Origin: an uncultured delta proteobacterium
GTDB taxonomy: Bacteria > Myxococcota_A > Polyangia > Polyangiales > Polyangiaceae
Direction: 5' to 3'
NCBI GenBank assembly: GCA_963716725.1
Contig: CAVQUB010000004.1
Location: 1 to 64,000, forward strand
DNA length: 64,000 nt
Under the pieces are notes generated by a model, which made no database searches, had not been told where the DNA came from, and saw nothing but the letters and a program-made list of their open reading frames with translations. Made by a program: the position numbers and the translations under genes. Below, one piece after another: positions 1 through 9,647 of this stretch. Position 1 is the stretch's first letter; every line of letters begins with the position of its first letter.

Positions 1-754
1 CATGGCCGATCACCAATTGCTGGTGCGAGCTCCACGTCGACCTGGGTCGGGCAGGCGTCGATGTTCTTGAAGTTGGGCAGGTCGAGCACGCCGTCGAAGT
101 CGGTGTCCCACTTGGGTTTGTAGCTCGGGACGCCGTTGACCAACGCGGTGGGGCGGCGCTTGCCCGTCGCCGGATCGATGGTCTCGTCCGCCGTGTCCCA
201 CATCAGGTTCTGCTCGAGCCTGATGCGCGTGTCGAGTTGCGCCAGAGACTTGTGCTTCTCCTTGACCACGTACTGAAACGCGCCTTCGCCCAGAATCCAC
301 CAGGGCCGGCACGCCGGTCTCCAGGTTCACGATGTAGACGGCGTCGTCGGCGAGCTCGTAGTCGTCACCCTGATGGCGCGCTGACAGATTCGAGAGATCG
401 ATGGCGGGCTGGTCAGCGGCAGTGGCCTTGCGCTTGCTGGAAGCCCACGGGATGGACGCGTAGGGCCGAAGCCCTCGAGCTCGTCGAACTTCCTGCGTGC
501 GTCTCCTCGATGCTGGTGGAGCGACGATACTCGCATTGACGCGCATGGCCGGTGCGCTGGTCGAATGGGCCACATTTCCGCTGTCGTTGGGGAAGGGGAT
601 GTCGGGCAGAGGCTTGTGATAGAGGTCCCATTGACGGTGGCGCTCTCGCCCCGGCGTGTCGCCGATGCCTCAGGGACTCAGTCGCTGCTGCCACGTGCGA
701 GGCGCATCGTGCGCTAGCCTGCGAGCGAAGTGCGGATGAGGTTTGTTGCATCAT
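1..754 (-). CDS. Partial, multiply frameshifted lipase-N-terminal-like secreted protein (runs off the window start)
   Basis: Stitching minus-strand frames gives WDLYHKPLPDIPFPND...MRVNASIVAP...RRKFDELEGFG...DQPAIDLSNLSARHQGDDYELADDAVYIVNLETGVPALVD. The P-x-P-x-D and L(D/E)GFG motifs resemble the N-terminus of the 15882..18089 protein. Start is approximate. Confidence 0.5.
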
Positions 755-765
755 CTGCGATTCCC

Positions 766-2528
766 TCAGTACTGCAAGCCCAAGCTTGGCCAGGGCGACG
801 CCCAGGTACTGTTTGTCCATCTTGTTGCCGGCGGCGTCGGCGAAGGCGTTTCCGGGGAAGAACACGCCTCCCTGGGCGCCGAGCTGCCAGCGTCATGTCG
901 GAGTCCAGCGCGTAGTCGGTACTCGGTCCCGATGCTGATCTCGACGCCGAGGTCGTGGCTCTTGCATTGCCGCCGTCGTAGTTTGCGAACGTGCCCGTGG
1001 GCGACGCCGCACGGGATCGACCACGTCAGCGGTGGTCTGGGCGATGACCGCGCCCAGCTTGAGATCGAGGGGTCGGGTCGGGCGCCAGACCACCGTCGGG
1101 TTCAGGTAGGTCGCGCCGAACACGCGCGCCGTTCGAGGGCAGGAGCTGGGAGCCCGGAGCGGGGCGGTGGTGAGCCGCTGGATCGCTGGCGATGTTCGAC
1201 GCGCGCGCCGTCTTCCAGGCTAGGACCTCGTCGAACAGGATCAGACCCACGTTGTGGTTCGGATCGAAGCGAAAGCGGCGGGACACGCCGTCGTTCGGGT
1301 TGGCGTCGCCCTGGGCCCAGCCCCACTCGAGCTGCGCGACGAAGTTGCCCCAGCGGTCGTCGCCTTCGCCCGAGGTCGTGACGGCGCCAAGTGAAGCCGA
1401 GGCGCCGAGGGCTCGCACGTCTTCGCGCTCGTTGTTGCGCGTCTGGTTGACGGTGCGGAAGGAGCTGGTGTCGCCCAGCAGGTAGGCGACCTCGTACTCG
1501 CCGAAGACGTGGCCGGAGAGGCCCGGGATTTTTGCGTTGAACTTGCCCGACGAGTCGAACACCCACACCTTCAGGGACTCGTCGAACTCGCGCCCGGGCA
1601 GCGACTCGCGGGTGCGCCGTTGGTCGCGGTAGACGCCGTAGAACCCGATCATGTTGTCGTGTTTGTCGGCGTAAAACGCCGCCAAAACGCCCTGGAAGGC
1701 CCGGTCACCGTCCACCAGATCGGCCGTCGCGTCCTTGAAGACGAGGTCGCCGCCGACGGCGACGTTGAAGGGCGAGTCCTTGCCCGCGGGCTTGGTCGCG
1801 AAGATGACGCGCTCGGCGATGGATCCGCCCTGGTAGTCACCGAAGAGGGTGGGGTGATCGCCGTCGTTGGCGAGGATGCCCATGCCCCAGTGCGAGGGCT
1901 GCTGCCCGACGCGGAACAGACCGATGGGCGAGAGGTACTCGAGGTAGAGCCAGCGCGGCTCGATGCCGAGCGGCTGGCGCTCGTCGTAGGCGTACTCGGC
2001 GCTGTCGACGTGTCGCGTCTCCTGGCCGATGAAGAATCCTCGCGGGACGTCCAGCTGCCCGATGACGCTGAGCGTATCGCGGTACGACAGGCGCGGCGTG
2101 AACCTGAGCCAATGGGTGACGCGCGCGGTCTGACCGAGCGAGTCGGTGCTGCCGTCCGTGCCGAAGGGCCGGAGCGGCAGATCCGAGAGCAGCGTGCCGC
2201 GCACCTGGTACTCGCCGTGGATCTGGATGCGCAATTTCTCGGCATCCGGCGGCTTCGCCGGCGTGCGTCCCGTCTCGAGCACGAAGCGCGGCTTGAACTC
2301 CGTGCCCGCGGTCTCGTCGGAGGGCGGCGGCGGCGGCGGAACCGGCGCGCTGGGCGCTGCCACCGTCGACGCGACAGGCGGGGGCTCCGATTCCGTCTGT
2401 GCGGCGGCGTGGCAGGTGAACGACAGCACGGATGCGGCTATGCCGCATCCGAGCAACCTCGAGACTCTCAATCGGTTCCGGCGGCCCACTGGCCGGCGAG
2501 GATAGGGGCCAGCCACGGCGCGGGACAA
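766..2528 (-). CDS. Outer-membrane beta-barrel-like protein (alginate-export/porin-like), frameshifted near the C-terminus
   Basis: Signal peptide, Pro-rich linker and alternating beta-strand pattern (GLFRVGQQPSHWGMGILANDG). The C-terminus continues in other frames (FGATYLNPTVVWRP...; GVFFPGNAFADAAG...KLGLQY*) and ends in an aromatic residue at TGA 766-768. Confidence 0.6.
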
Positions 2529-2556
2529 GGGGTTTCAGCGCTACTATACAGGCCGC

Positions 2557-4116
2557 GTGAACACCGACCCGTCGCCCGCGCTGCTGGGGACCTGGCTCCG
2601 TCCCGAGGACCTCGAAGATGTGGCGCGCCGCCGGCGCAAGGTCGTGCTCGGACCCGCGCCGCGCGAGGCCGTCCGGAAGGCGCGCCGCGCCATCGAGCAG
2701 GTGGCCAACGCCGGCGACTCGGCGCCGCGTGTTTACGGCGTGAACACCGGATTCGGCGCGCTGGCGGAGACCCGCATCAGCGCGACCGAGGTGCGGCGGC
2801 TTCAACAGAACCTGGTGCGCAGCCACTCCACCGGGGTCGGCCCCGATATGCCTGAGGCCGCGGTGCGCGGCATGATGCTGCTGCGCGCGCAGACCCTGGC
2901 GCTCGGTCACTCGGGCGTGCGCGAAGAGGTGATCGATCTCCTGTGCGCGATGCTCGATCACAACGTCGTGCCACGCGTGCCCTGCCAGGGCTCGGTGGGA
3001 GCGTCGGGCGATCTCGCCCCGCTGGCCCACCTCGCGCTGGCGATGATCGGCGAGGGCGAGGCGCGGCACGCTGGCGTCATGATGAGCGGCGGCGAGGCGC
3101 TGGCGCGGGCGGGCCTCACGCCCCTGGTGCTCGAGGCCAAGGAGGGCCTCGCGCTGATCAACGGCACGCAGTACATGACCTCGTACGGAGCGCTCGCGCT
3201 CTGCGACGCGGCCAACCTCGCCAGCGTGGCCGACATCGCCGGCTCGATGAGCCTCGACGCGCTGAAGGGCTCGGTGCGCCCCTTCCAAGATCGCCTGATG
3301 AAGCTCCGGCCGCATCCGGGTCAGGCCACCGTCGCGGCCAACTTGCGCAAGCTGCTCGACGCGAGCACCATCATGGAGAGCCACCACGACTGCGCCAAGG
3401 TGCAGGACCCGTATTCACTGCGCTGCATGCCCCAAGTGCACGGCGCCTCGCGGGATGCCCTCGGTTGGGCGACGGGCGTGATCGAGCGGGAGATCAACAG
3501 CGCCACCGACAACCCCAGCGTCTTCGTCGAGGACGACGGCAGCGCCGACGTGGTGAGCGGCGGCAACTTCCACGGTCAGCCCGTGGCCTACGCCCTCGAC
3601 CTGGCCGCCATCGCGCTGGCGGAGCTCGGCAACATCAGCGAGCGTCGGGTGGAGCAGCTGGTGAACCCGGCGCTGTCGAGCGGGCTCACGCCCTTCTTGG
3701 CCAAGAACAGCGGGCTCGAGAGCGGCTTCATGATCGCGCAGGTGGCCAGCGCGTCACTGGTCAGCGAAAACAAGGTGCTCTGCCACCCGGCCAGCGTCGA
3801 CTCCATCCCGTCGAGCGCGGGCAAAGAAGATCACGTGAGCATGGGCAGCATCGGCGCCCGCAAGCTCGAGCAGATCGTCGAGAACGTGCGGCGCTGCCTG
3901 GCCATCGAGATCATGACCGCGGCCCAGGGCCTCGAGCAACGCTTGCCACTCACGGGCGGCACCGGCGTCGAGGCGGCGCACCGTGCCGTGCGCGCGCTGG
4001 TGCCACCGCTCGACGACGACCGCCCGCTCTACCGCGACATCGAGGCGGTGGCGGAGCTGATCCGCGACGGTTCGTTGGTGCGGGCGGTCAGCGCTGCGGT
4101 GGGCGATCTTGCGTGA
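2557..4116 (+). CDS. hutH: Histidine ammonia-lyase
   Basis: VYGVNTGFG, MIO-forming GSVGASGDLAPL, KEGLALING, QDPYSLRC, GGNFHGQP and EDHVSMG motifs; 519 aa. Confidence 0.96.
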   Translation: MNTDPSPALLGTWLRPEDLEDVARRRRKVVLGPAPREAVRKARRAIEQVANAGDSAPRVYGVNTGFGALAETRISATEVRRLQQNLVRSHSTGVGPDMPEAAVRGMMLLRAQTLALGHSGVREEVIDLLCAMLDHNVVPRVPCQGSVGASGDLAPLAHLALAMIGEGEARHAGVMMSGGEALARAGLTPLVLEAKEGLALINGTQYMTSYGALALCDAANLASVADIAGSMSLDALKGSVRPFQDRLMKLRPHPGQATVAANLRKLLDASTIMESHHDCAKVQDPYSLRCMPQVHGASRDALGWATGVIEREINSATDNPSVFVEDDGSADVVSGGNFHGQPVAYALDLAAIALAELGNISERRVEQLVNPALSSGLTPFLAKNSGLESGFMIAQVASASLVSENKVLCHPASVDSIPSSAGKEDHVSMGSIGARKLEQIVENVRRCLAIEIMTAAQGLEQRLPLTGGTGVEAAHRAVRALVPPLDDDRPLYRDIEAVAELIRDGSLVRAVSAAVGDLA

Positions 4117-4429
4117 TCGGCTCTGACAGCTTCAGGCGAGCGATGGCCTCGACCCGGGTGCCGACCTGGAGCTTGCGCAAAATGCTCGCCACCTGATTGG
4201 CCACGGTCCGCACGGACACCTGGCGCGCCGCGGCGATCTCGGCGTTGCCGAGGCCGCGCAGCAACCCAGCCGCGGTCTCGCGTTCAGCAGGCGACAGTGG
4301 CTCGAGAAACGGCGAGAGCGGCAAGCTGACGACGACGTAGCCTTCGGCGCCGGCCTGGAAACGCGCGCCCCGAAGGTCGGAAGCCGCCGGTAGGCTTGCC
4401 GGACCACGTTGGGGTCGCCTTCGGCTCAC
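4088..4429 (-). CDS. Small LuxR-type helix-turn-helix protein
   Basis: LSPAERETAAGLLRGLGNAEIAAARQVSVRTVANQVASILRKL is a LuxR/GerE HTH; start overlaps the stop of the upstream LuxR gene. Confidence 0.85.
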   Translation of the reverse strand: MSRRRPQRGPASLPAASDLRGARFQAGAEGYVVVSLPLSPFLEPLSPAERETAAGLLRGLGNAEIAAARQVSVRTVANQVASILRKLQVGTRVEAIARLKLSEPITQDRPPQR

Positions 4430-5424
4430 GTCACTTGCCCGTCGGCACGGGCGACCGGGCCGAGGAAGAACCCGATCAGCTCGGCGCGGCTCTGCATGTT
4501 CAATTTGGCAAGCGCGCCGAGCAAGAGTGCGCTCACGGTCGAAGCCGAGAGCCCGAGCTCGTAGGCGATGAGTTTCTGTGGGTGGCCCAGGGCCGCGAGA
4601 GCGGCGACTTGGCGTTCGCGCGGTGACAGGCCGACCGGCGTGTCACGCATCGGCTCGACGTCGCGGGCCACGAAGAAACGGCGCCCGTCCGTGTCGAAGG
4701 TCTCGGTCAGACACCATCGACCTGCGACCATGGCCTCCCAGATCTCGATGGCCTCGGTCAGGTCCTGGTTGCGGAGGCGCCCGCGCGCTCGGTCGGCTGC
4801 CAGCGCAGCTCGTCGGAGCGAGTCGAGACCGCGCTCACTCGTCGCGCCGGATACCGCGTGTTCGACGTGGCCATCCGGCGAGACCACGACCTCGGCTGTG
4901 TCCAGGACATCGCGGGTCAGCCCACGCCGCGTGCGGTAGGCGGTCGCGATGTGCGCCGCGACGCGGCTCCAGTGGTGACGCGTTTCCCGGCTGGGCTTGG
5001 TCTTCTTCGACAACAGTCCACCGAGCAGACATCCGAACCCGGTGGGATCTCCGCCCACGACGCCGATGACGTCGGCATACCCCGCGTCGCGCAGCACCTG
5101 GGTCGCGGGTTCGGACTCGAATTTCTGCGCGCACAGACCGGAGAACGTGTCGACCGGTCTCGAGAGATACGCCGCCATCCGCACTTCAGGTGGCGCGACT
5201 GCGTCGGTCCGGGCGATCAGATCGACGGCGCCCGGGTCGCCCGCGCTGGCGCCCGCGACGATGCGAACCCCGCTGGCATCCCGAATCTCGTAGAGAAAAC
5301 AGAATGCGTTCTCGAACAGCGGCGATGCCCGGCGGGCGGATTGCGCGATCTCACGCAGCCACGCTTCGGTGTCGCCGTCGAGCCGCCGCGCCGTTTCGAT
5401 CACTGAAATGCAATCGCCAGTCAC
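4426..5424 (-). CDS. LuxR-family transcriptional regulator (N-terminal sensor-like region, C-terminal HTH)
   Basis: C-terminal LSPRERQVAALAALGHPQKLIAYELGLSASTVS HTH; 332 aa. Confidence 0.85.
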   Translation of the reverse strand: MTGDCISVIETARRLDGDTEAWLREIAQSARRASPLFENAFCFLYEIRDASGVRIVAGASAGDPGAVDLIARTDAVAPPEVRMAAYLSRPVDTFSGLCAQKFESEPATQVLRDAGYADVIGVVGGDPTGFGCLLGGLLSKKTKPSRETRHHWSRVAAHIATAYRTRRGLTRDVLDTAEVVVSPDGHVEHAVSGATSERGLDSLRRAALAADRARGRLRNQDLTEAIEIWEAMVAGRWCLTETFDTDGRRFFVARDVEPMRDTPVGLSPRERQVAALAALGHPQKLIAYELGLSASTVSALLLGALAKLNMQSRAELIGFFLGPVARADGQVT

Positions 5425-5551
5425 TCAGTGGGCCCCGTAGGCGACTAGGCTAGGCCGGGCCCGTGAGCCGGTCTGTAGTTATTTTTTCAGCGGGGCGAAT
5501 CGCGGCCGGGAACCGAGGTGGGCAGGCTCGAGGGCGCGGACGGCCCCTCCG

Positions 5552-6691
5552 TCACGGCATGCAGCCGACGGGCTTGGTGCTGACCACCACGTCGTCGAAC
5601 CAGATCCGATTGGAGTGACTCTTCACGTCCGAAGTCTCGTTGTAGTGCTGAAGCCGCACCATGTTCAGCTTCAGATCGGCGCTGGTGCGCCACGAGACGT
5701 CGTTCTTCGAGTGCGCCAGCTTGCCGTCGATGAAGTAGGCCATTTCGCCGTCGGCTTGTCCGGGCGTGTTGGCCTTCATGCTCATCTCGAAGCACACCCA
5801 TTTGTCGAGGGGCAACGCGATCGCTGGAGTCGGGGCGAAGTTGTTGCCCCAGCAACATTCGAGCCCGTTGGTGCAGGGCATGCCCTTGGTCGCGCAACCG
5901 TCGCAGATCGCTTGGGGGTTGGCGTAGTTCGAGCAGGTCGCGCTGGGGTCGCACTTCATGCTCGGGAAGTAGGTGTAGAAGAAGGTCTCGTGGCTGGTCG
6001 GCTTGAAGTCCACGGTGGTGCCCATGTGGCGCGCGCCGCTGGGGCGACAGCCGGCGTTTCCGTAGGCGTCCCAGTAGTCCTTGCTGCCGCCGATGGAGAG
6101 GAAGTGATGCACGCGCTGGTGATCCGCCGCGAGCTTGAAGTAGGCGCGGAAGAATAGCTGGTCGTAGCCGGTGAGCGCGCAGCCAGATTTGTTCTGTCCG
6201 GTGCAGGTGCGGAACATGAGATCCGCGCCCTGGTAGCCCGCGCTGGCCGCGGCCGGCATGTGCAGCGAGTAGCCGCCCGCGTGCGCCTCGGTGGACGAGG
6301 TCATGCGCCCCGGGTTCTGGCCGCCGATGTTCTCGGTCCACTTCGACGCAGCGAGCCAGGGAGCGAAGCCCGCGCTCATGCCCTCGAAGTCCTCGCACAG
6401 GAGCCAGGCCGGATCCGGGTTCTTGCAGTCGTAGCTGCTGGTGCCGCCGCCGCTGCCGCCTCCGGAAGTGCTGCCCCCGGTGTTCGCGCCGCCGGAGCTG
6501 GTGCCGCCGGAGTTCGCGCCACCGGTGTTGGCGCCGCCCGAGCTCGCGCCGCCGGTCGGGCCTCCTCCCGTGTTGGCTCCTCCGGAGCTGGTGCCGCCGG
6601 TGGACGACGAGCCGCTGTCTTCGTCCGAAGAGCAGGCCGCGACGACGCCGAGAGCCAAGGCCGACAAGGACAGAGCGATGAGCCAGCGCAT
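5552..6691 (-). CDS. Secreted lipoprotein with Gly/Ser/Thr linker and a polysaccharide-lyase/ConA-like beta-sandwich domain
   Basis: Lipobox VVAAC after MRWLIALSLSALAL, GGANT linker, CEDFE...KWVCFEMSMKANTPGQADGEMAYFIDG...IWFDDVVVST pattern. Start reassigned to ATG 6691. Confidence 0.65.
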   Translation of the reverse strand: MRWLIALSLSALALGVVAACSSDEDSGSSSTGGTSSGGANTGGGPTGGASSGGANTGGANSGGTSSGGANTGGSTSGGGSGGGTSSYDCKNPDPAWLLCEDFEGMSAGFAPWLAASKWTENIGGQNPGRMTSSTEAHAGGYSLHMPAAASAGYQGADLMFRTCTGQNKSGCALTGYDQLFFRAYFKLAADHQRVHHFLSIGGSKDYWDAYGNAGCRPSGARHMGTTVDFKPTSHETFFYTYFPSMKCDPSATCSNYANPQAICDGCATKGMPCTNGLECCWGNNFAPTPAIALPLDKWVCFEMSMKANTPGQADGEMAYFIDGKLAHSKNDVSWRTSADLKLNMVRLQHYNETSDVKSHSNRIWFDDVVVSTKPVGCMP

Positions 6692-6737
6692 GGCGAAAGG
6701 ATACGCCTCGTGGGCGTGGTCGGCGAAAGAAACGAAA

Positions 6738-7577
6738 TTACGGGCAGCCGGGCTGATCCGAAACTGCCGAACCCTTGACGTCGAAGTAGAAGACTCGGCG
6801 CACGTAGGCGGTCTCCAAGTCCGGCTTGTCGCTGGTCGAGACCGGGACGGGTCCGGACCAGATCCACTTCGCGCCGGTCGTCGTGAGGATGTTTCCCCAC
6901 GGCGGATCCCCGTGGTTCGCGACTTCGGTGGCGGCCAACCACGCCGAGTCATCGAAGGTCACGTTGCTCCATCCGGTCACGAGGGTCTTCGACGCCTTCC
7001 ACGAGGCATTGGTCAGAACCAACGCGGCGGTGCCGCCGTCCACCACGTCGATGGTGAGCTCGCCGATGACGCCGCGGTCGTTGCCGTTCTGACTCGACGT
7101 GTTGGTGCCGCGCACAGCGATGACGTTCTTCTTGCTCGGATGCACGTTCAGCGACACGTCGATGGTGACGGCGGCACCCCAGTTCGATGTGGTGCCCACG
7201 CTGGTTCCGTTCACGAACACTTCGCACTCGTTGTCGGCGGTGATCTTCAAGTGCGAGTTCAGCGTGGCGGTCTGGGGGATGGTGGCGCAAGCGGGGTCCG
7301 CGTCCGGGCCGACGTCCGCAGGCGCGTCCGTGCTCGCATCCGTGCCCGCCGCGCCACCCGTGGAAGCGTCCGCGCCGCCGCTGCCCCCGGTGCCGCCGCT
7401 GCCCCCGGTGCCGGTGCCGCCGCTGCCGCCGCCGCCACTGGAAGTGCTGCCGCCGGTGCTGGCTCCCCCGGAGCTCGCGCCGCCGCTGGACGGGGAGTCA
7501 CCCTCTTCATCCGACGAGCACGCGGCGAACGTGACGAGAGCCAAGGCCGACAGTGATAGAGCGATGAGCCTGCGCAT
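6738..7577 (-). CDS. Secreted lipoprotein with Gly-rich linker and lectin-like/galactose-binding-like domain
   Basis: Lipobox TFAAC; ITADNECEVFVNG...KNVIAVRG...FDDSAW...AKWIW motifs typical of sugar-binding beta-sandwich modules. Confidence 0.65.
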   Translation of the reverse strand: MRRLIALSLSALALVTFAACSSDEEGDSPSSGGASSGGASTGGSTSSGGGGSGGTGTGGSGGTGGSGGADASTGGAAGTDASTDAPADVGPDADPACATIPQTATLNSHLKITADNECEVFVNGTSVGTTSNWGAAVTIDVSLNVHPSKKNVIAVRGTNTSSQNGNDRGVIGELTIDVVDGGTAALVLTNASWKASKTLVTGWSNVTFDDSAWLAATEVANHGDPPWGNILTTTGAKWIWSGPVPVSTSDKPDLETAYVRRVFYFDVKGSAVSDQPGCP

Positions 7578-7655
7578 GCCCCGAGCATACGCCTCGTGGG
7601 CGCGGTTGCACGCTCAGATTGGCGGCCAACCCTTCTGGCTGAGGCGGCGTCAAAG

Positions 7656-8330
7656 TCAGATCGGTCCGTACTCGAAGCTGCGTATCGTCGCGCGCACGGC
7701 CTGACCGTGGGATGACACGCCGTAGATGGGGCGGCCGAAGCCGAAGCGCGCGTCGTCGAGGCGTGCGACCAGGGCGCCGTTGATGCGTACCTGTATCAGG
7801 CTGTCGGCCGCCAGGAGTTCAATCACGTTGATCTCGCCGACCGTGCGCAAAGCGTTGGTGGTCGTCCAGGGCAACAACGCTTCCAGCCCAGCGAATGCGT
7901 TGCTCACGCGCGCGAAGCGCGACACCGTGATCTCGCGGGTGGCTGGCCGGGCTTCGAGCACGTAGCCCAGGTGCGCTTGGCCGGCGTCGATCACCCGTAG
8001 TCCAGCGTCCAAACTGGCGTCGGCATCGAAGACCACCCCTTGAACGCGCACGCTGCCGTCGCAGAAGGGTGCGGCGCTGGAAGCGCGCACCGCGTGGCCC
8101 GCGGGCAAGCTGAACACCAGCCCGACTCGGGGCTGGGCCTGCACACGGCGCTCGTGTGCCAGTTCGCGTGGCGTCGCGCCCGTGGTGAAGTCCATCAGCG
8201 TGGGGCCTGCGCTCGCCTCGAGTTCGAGCTGCGCGCGGATTTGTAGCGGGGCGTGGCAGAAGCGGCAGAGAGTGTTCGTCGCCGCCACCGGCGCGCCACA
8301 GTGTGGGCAGCACAGAGCACGCAGCTTCAT
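7656..8330 (-). CDS. Zinc-ribbon protein with C-terminal DUF1080/ConA-like domain
   Basis: N-terminal CPHCG...CRFCH and beta-rich C-terminus (IQVRINGALVARLDD); ATG overlaps the upstream stop. Confidence 0.55.
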   Translation of the reverse strand: MKLRALCCPHCGAPVAATNTLCRFCHAPLQIRAQLELEASAGPTLMDFTTGATPRELAHERRVQAQPRVGLVFSLPAGHAVRASSAAPFCDGSVRVQGVVFDADASLDAGLRVIDAGQAHLGYVLEARPATREITVSRFARVSNAFAGLEALLPWTTTNALRTVGEINVIELLAADSLIQVRINGALVARLDDARFGFGRPIYGVSSHGQAVRATIRSFEYGPI

Positions 8331-9481
8331 GGTGCCACCTCCCGCACTTCGTAGCCGTGACAGATCACCCGCACCGGAGGCGGCAGGTCGGGCTCCATGC
8401 CCACGCGGATGCCGAAGGCGCCGGCGCCGAACGCCGCGTCATGACCGGAAAGCACGCGCTCGCCGTCGATGTAGGCATGCAGCGTCGGTCCAGCGACGCG
8501 CAGTTCGAGCTCGACGGGGCGGTTCAATGCGACCGGTGGCACCCGGACCTCGGCCCCGATTCGGGTGCTGGTGGCGTGACCGGGACCCGACACGCCGCGG
8601 GAACACCACGCGCGGCCGGTCAGGGGCATGAACTCGAACAAGTAGTAGATTTGCACCTTGCCGATCATGGCGTGTCGTGCGGCTAGCCCGATCCGCGCGC
8701 CGGGATCGAGCAGCGTGAAGCTGGCACGCACGCAGGCGTCTCGGTGCACGCGGTCGTAGGCCACGTAAGAAGACGTGATCGGTTGGGTGTAGGAGATCAG
8801 CTTTCCACCCGGTACCGGCCACGCCAGCCGCTGGCCGCCCAGCGATTCCTCGAGGGACGTGCGCCCCGGGAAGGGCGCCGTCTCGAAGCTCTGGCTGGTG
8901 AGCACCTGGCCCGGCGAGAGCTCTGGGTAGACCGCGAGCAGCGTCGCGTCGTCGTTCCAGCGGATGCCTTGTCCGCACGCCGTGCAGAAGCCTTCCCCCA
9001 CGCTCAGCGATTGCCCGCAGCTCGGACACGCGGGACCAAGTTCGCGCACGGCCTGGGGCGCCTGCGGAGCAGCGTCGAGCTCGGGCGGCAGGTCGAGCGG
9101 CATCAGCACGCCGACCCACTCGGCACCGTCTCGGAGCAACACGGGTGCGGTCCGTCCGCTGGTGTACAGCTCGAGCGCTCTGCCGAAAGCCAGCAAGATG
9201 CGCACGTAGGGGTCGCCCAGCGCGACGTCGTCCGGGGTGCGATGAGCCTGCGGATGGATCTTGCTGCGCACCAGATCGGTGAGCGCGACGCGCTGTTTGG
9301 ACTCCGTTTCGAAGAGTCGCTCGACCGTCTCCGTGGTCAGCAACGCCGGAGGCGTGCAGTGCGTCGACTCGACCCAGCTCTCCAACACCAGGAGGTTCCC
9401 GTCGCTGGCGAAGCGCCGACCCTGTCGATCCGTGCCCACGTGGGTGACGGCCAGGCGTTGGCGAGCGGGCAGGGCGCTCAT
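8327..9481 (-). CDS. Multi-domain hypothetical protein: N-terminal domain, zinc ribbon, DUF1080/ConA-like domain
   Basis: CPSCG...CTACG ribbon; the C-terminal LELRVAGPTLHAYIDGERVLSGHDAAFGAG parallels the downstream gene. Start ATG 9481 is a choice. Confidence 0.55.
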   Translation of the reverse strand: MSALPARQRLAVTHVGTDRQGRRFASDGNLLVLESWVESTHCTPPALLTTETVERLFETESKQRVALTDLVRSKIHPQAHRTPDDVALGDPYVRILLAFGRALELYTSGRTAPVLLRDGAEWVGVLMPLDLPPELDAAPQAPQAVRELGPACPSCGQSLSVGEGFCTACGQGIRWNDDATLLAVYPELSPGQVLTSQSFETAPFPGRTSLEESLGGQRLAWPVPGGKLISYTQPITSSYVAYDRVHRDACVRASFTLLDPGARIGLAARHAMIGKVQIYYLFEFMPLTGRAWCSRGVSGPGHATSTRIGAEVRVPPVALNRPVELELRVAGPTLHAYIDGERVLSGHDAAFGAGAFGIRVGMEPDLPPPVRVICHGYEVREVAP

Positions 9482-9647
9482 GGCGCGACAAGTGGCGGAG
9501 GGACGGTCCGCGAAACTTCGCACCCGAGTTCACGGAGCCGCCGCTGCCTGCGGGCGTACGTCCAGCCGAAGGGGCGGGCAAGCGACCCATGGGTGATTCC
9601 CGCTGGCCTCGAGCTCCGCGGACGACGTGCTCCAGGTCCCGGCCCGG

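Noticed and set aside
2557..4116. MIO enzyme as a Phe/Tyr aminomutase of a secondary-metabolite cluster
   Set aside because: The NLVRSH specificity segment matches histidine ammonia-lyases, and no NRPS/PKS genes occur in the window.
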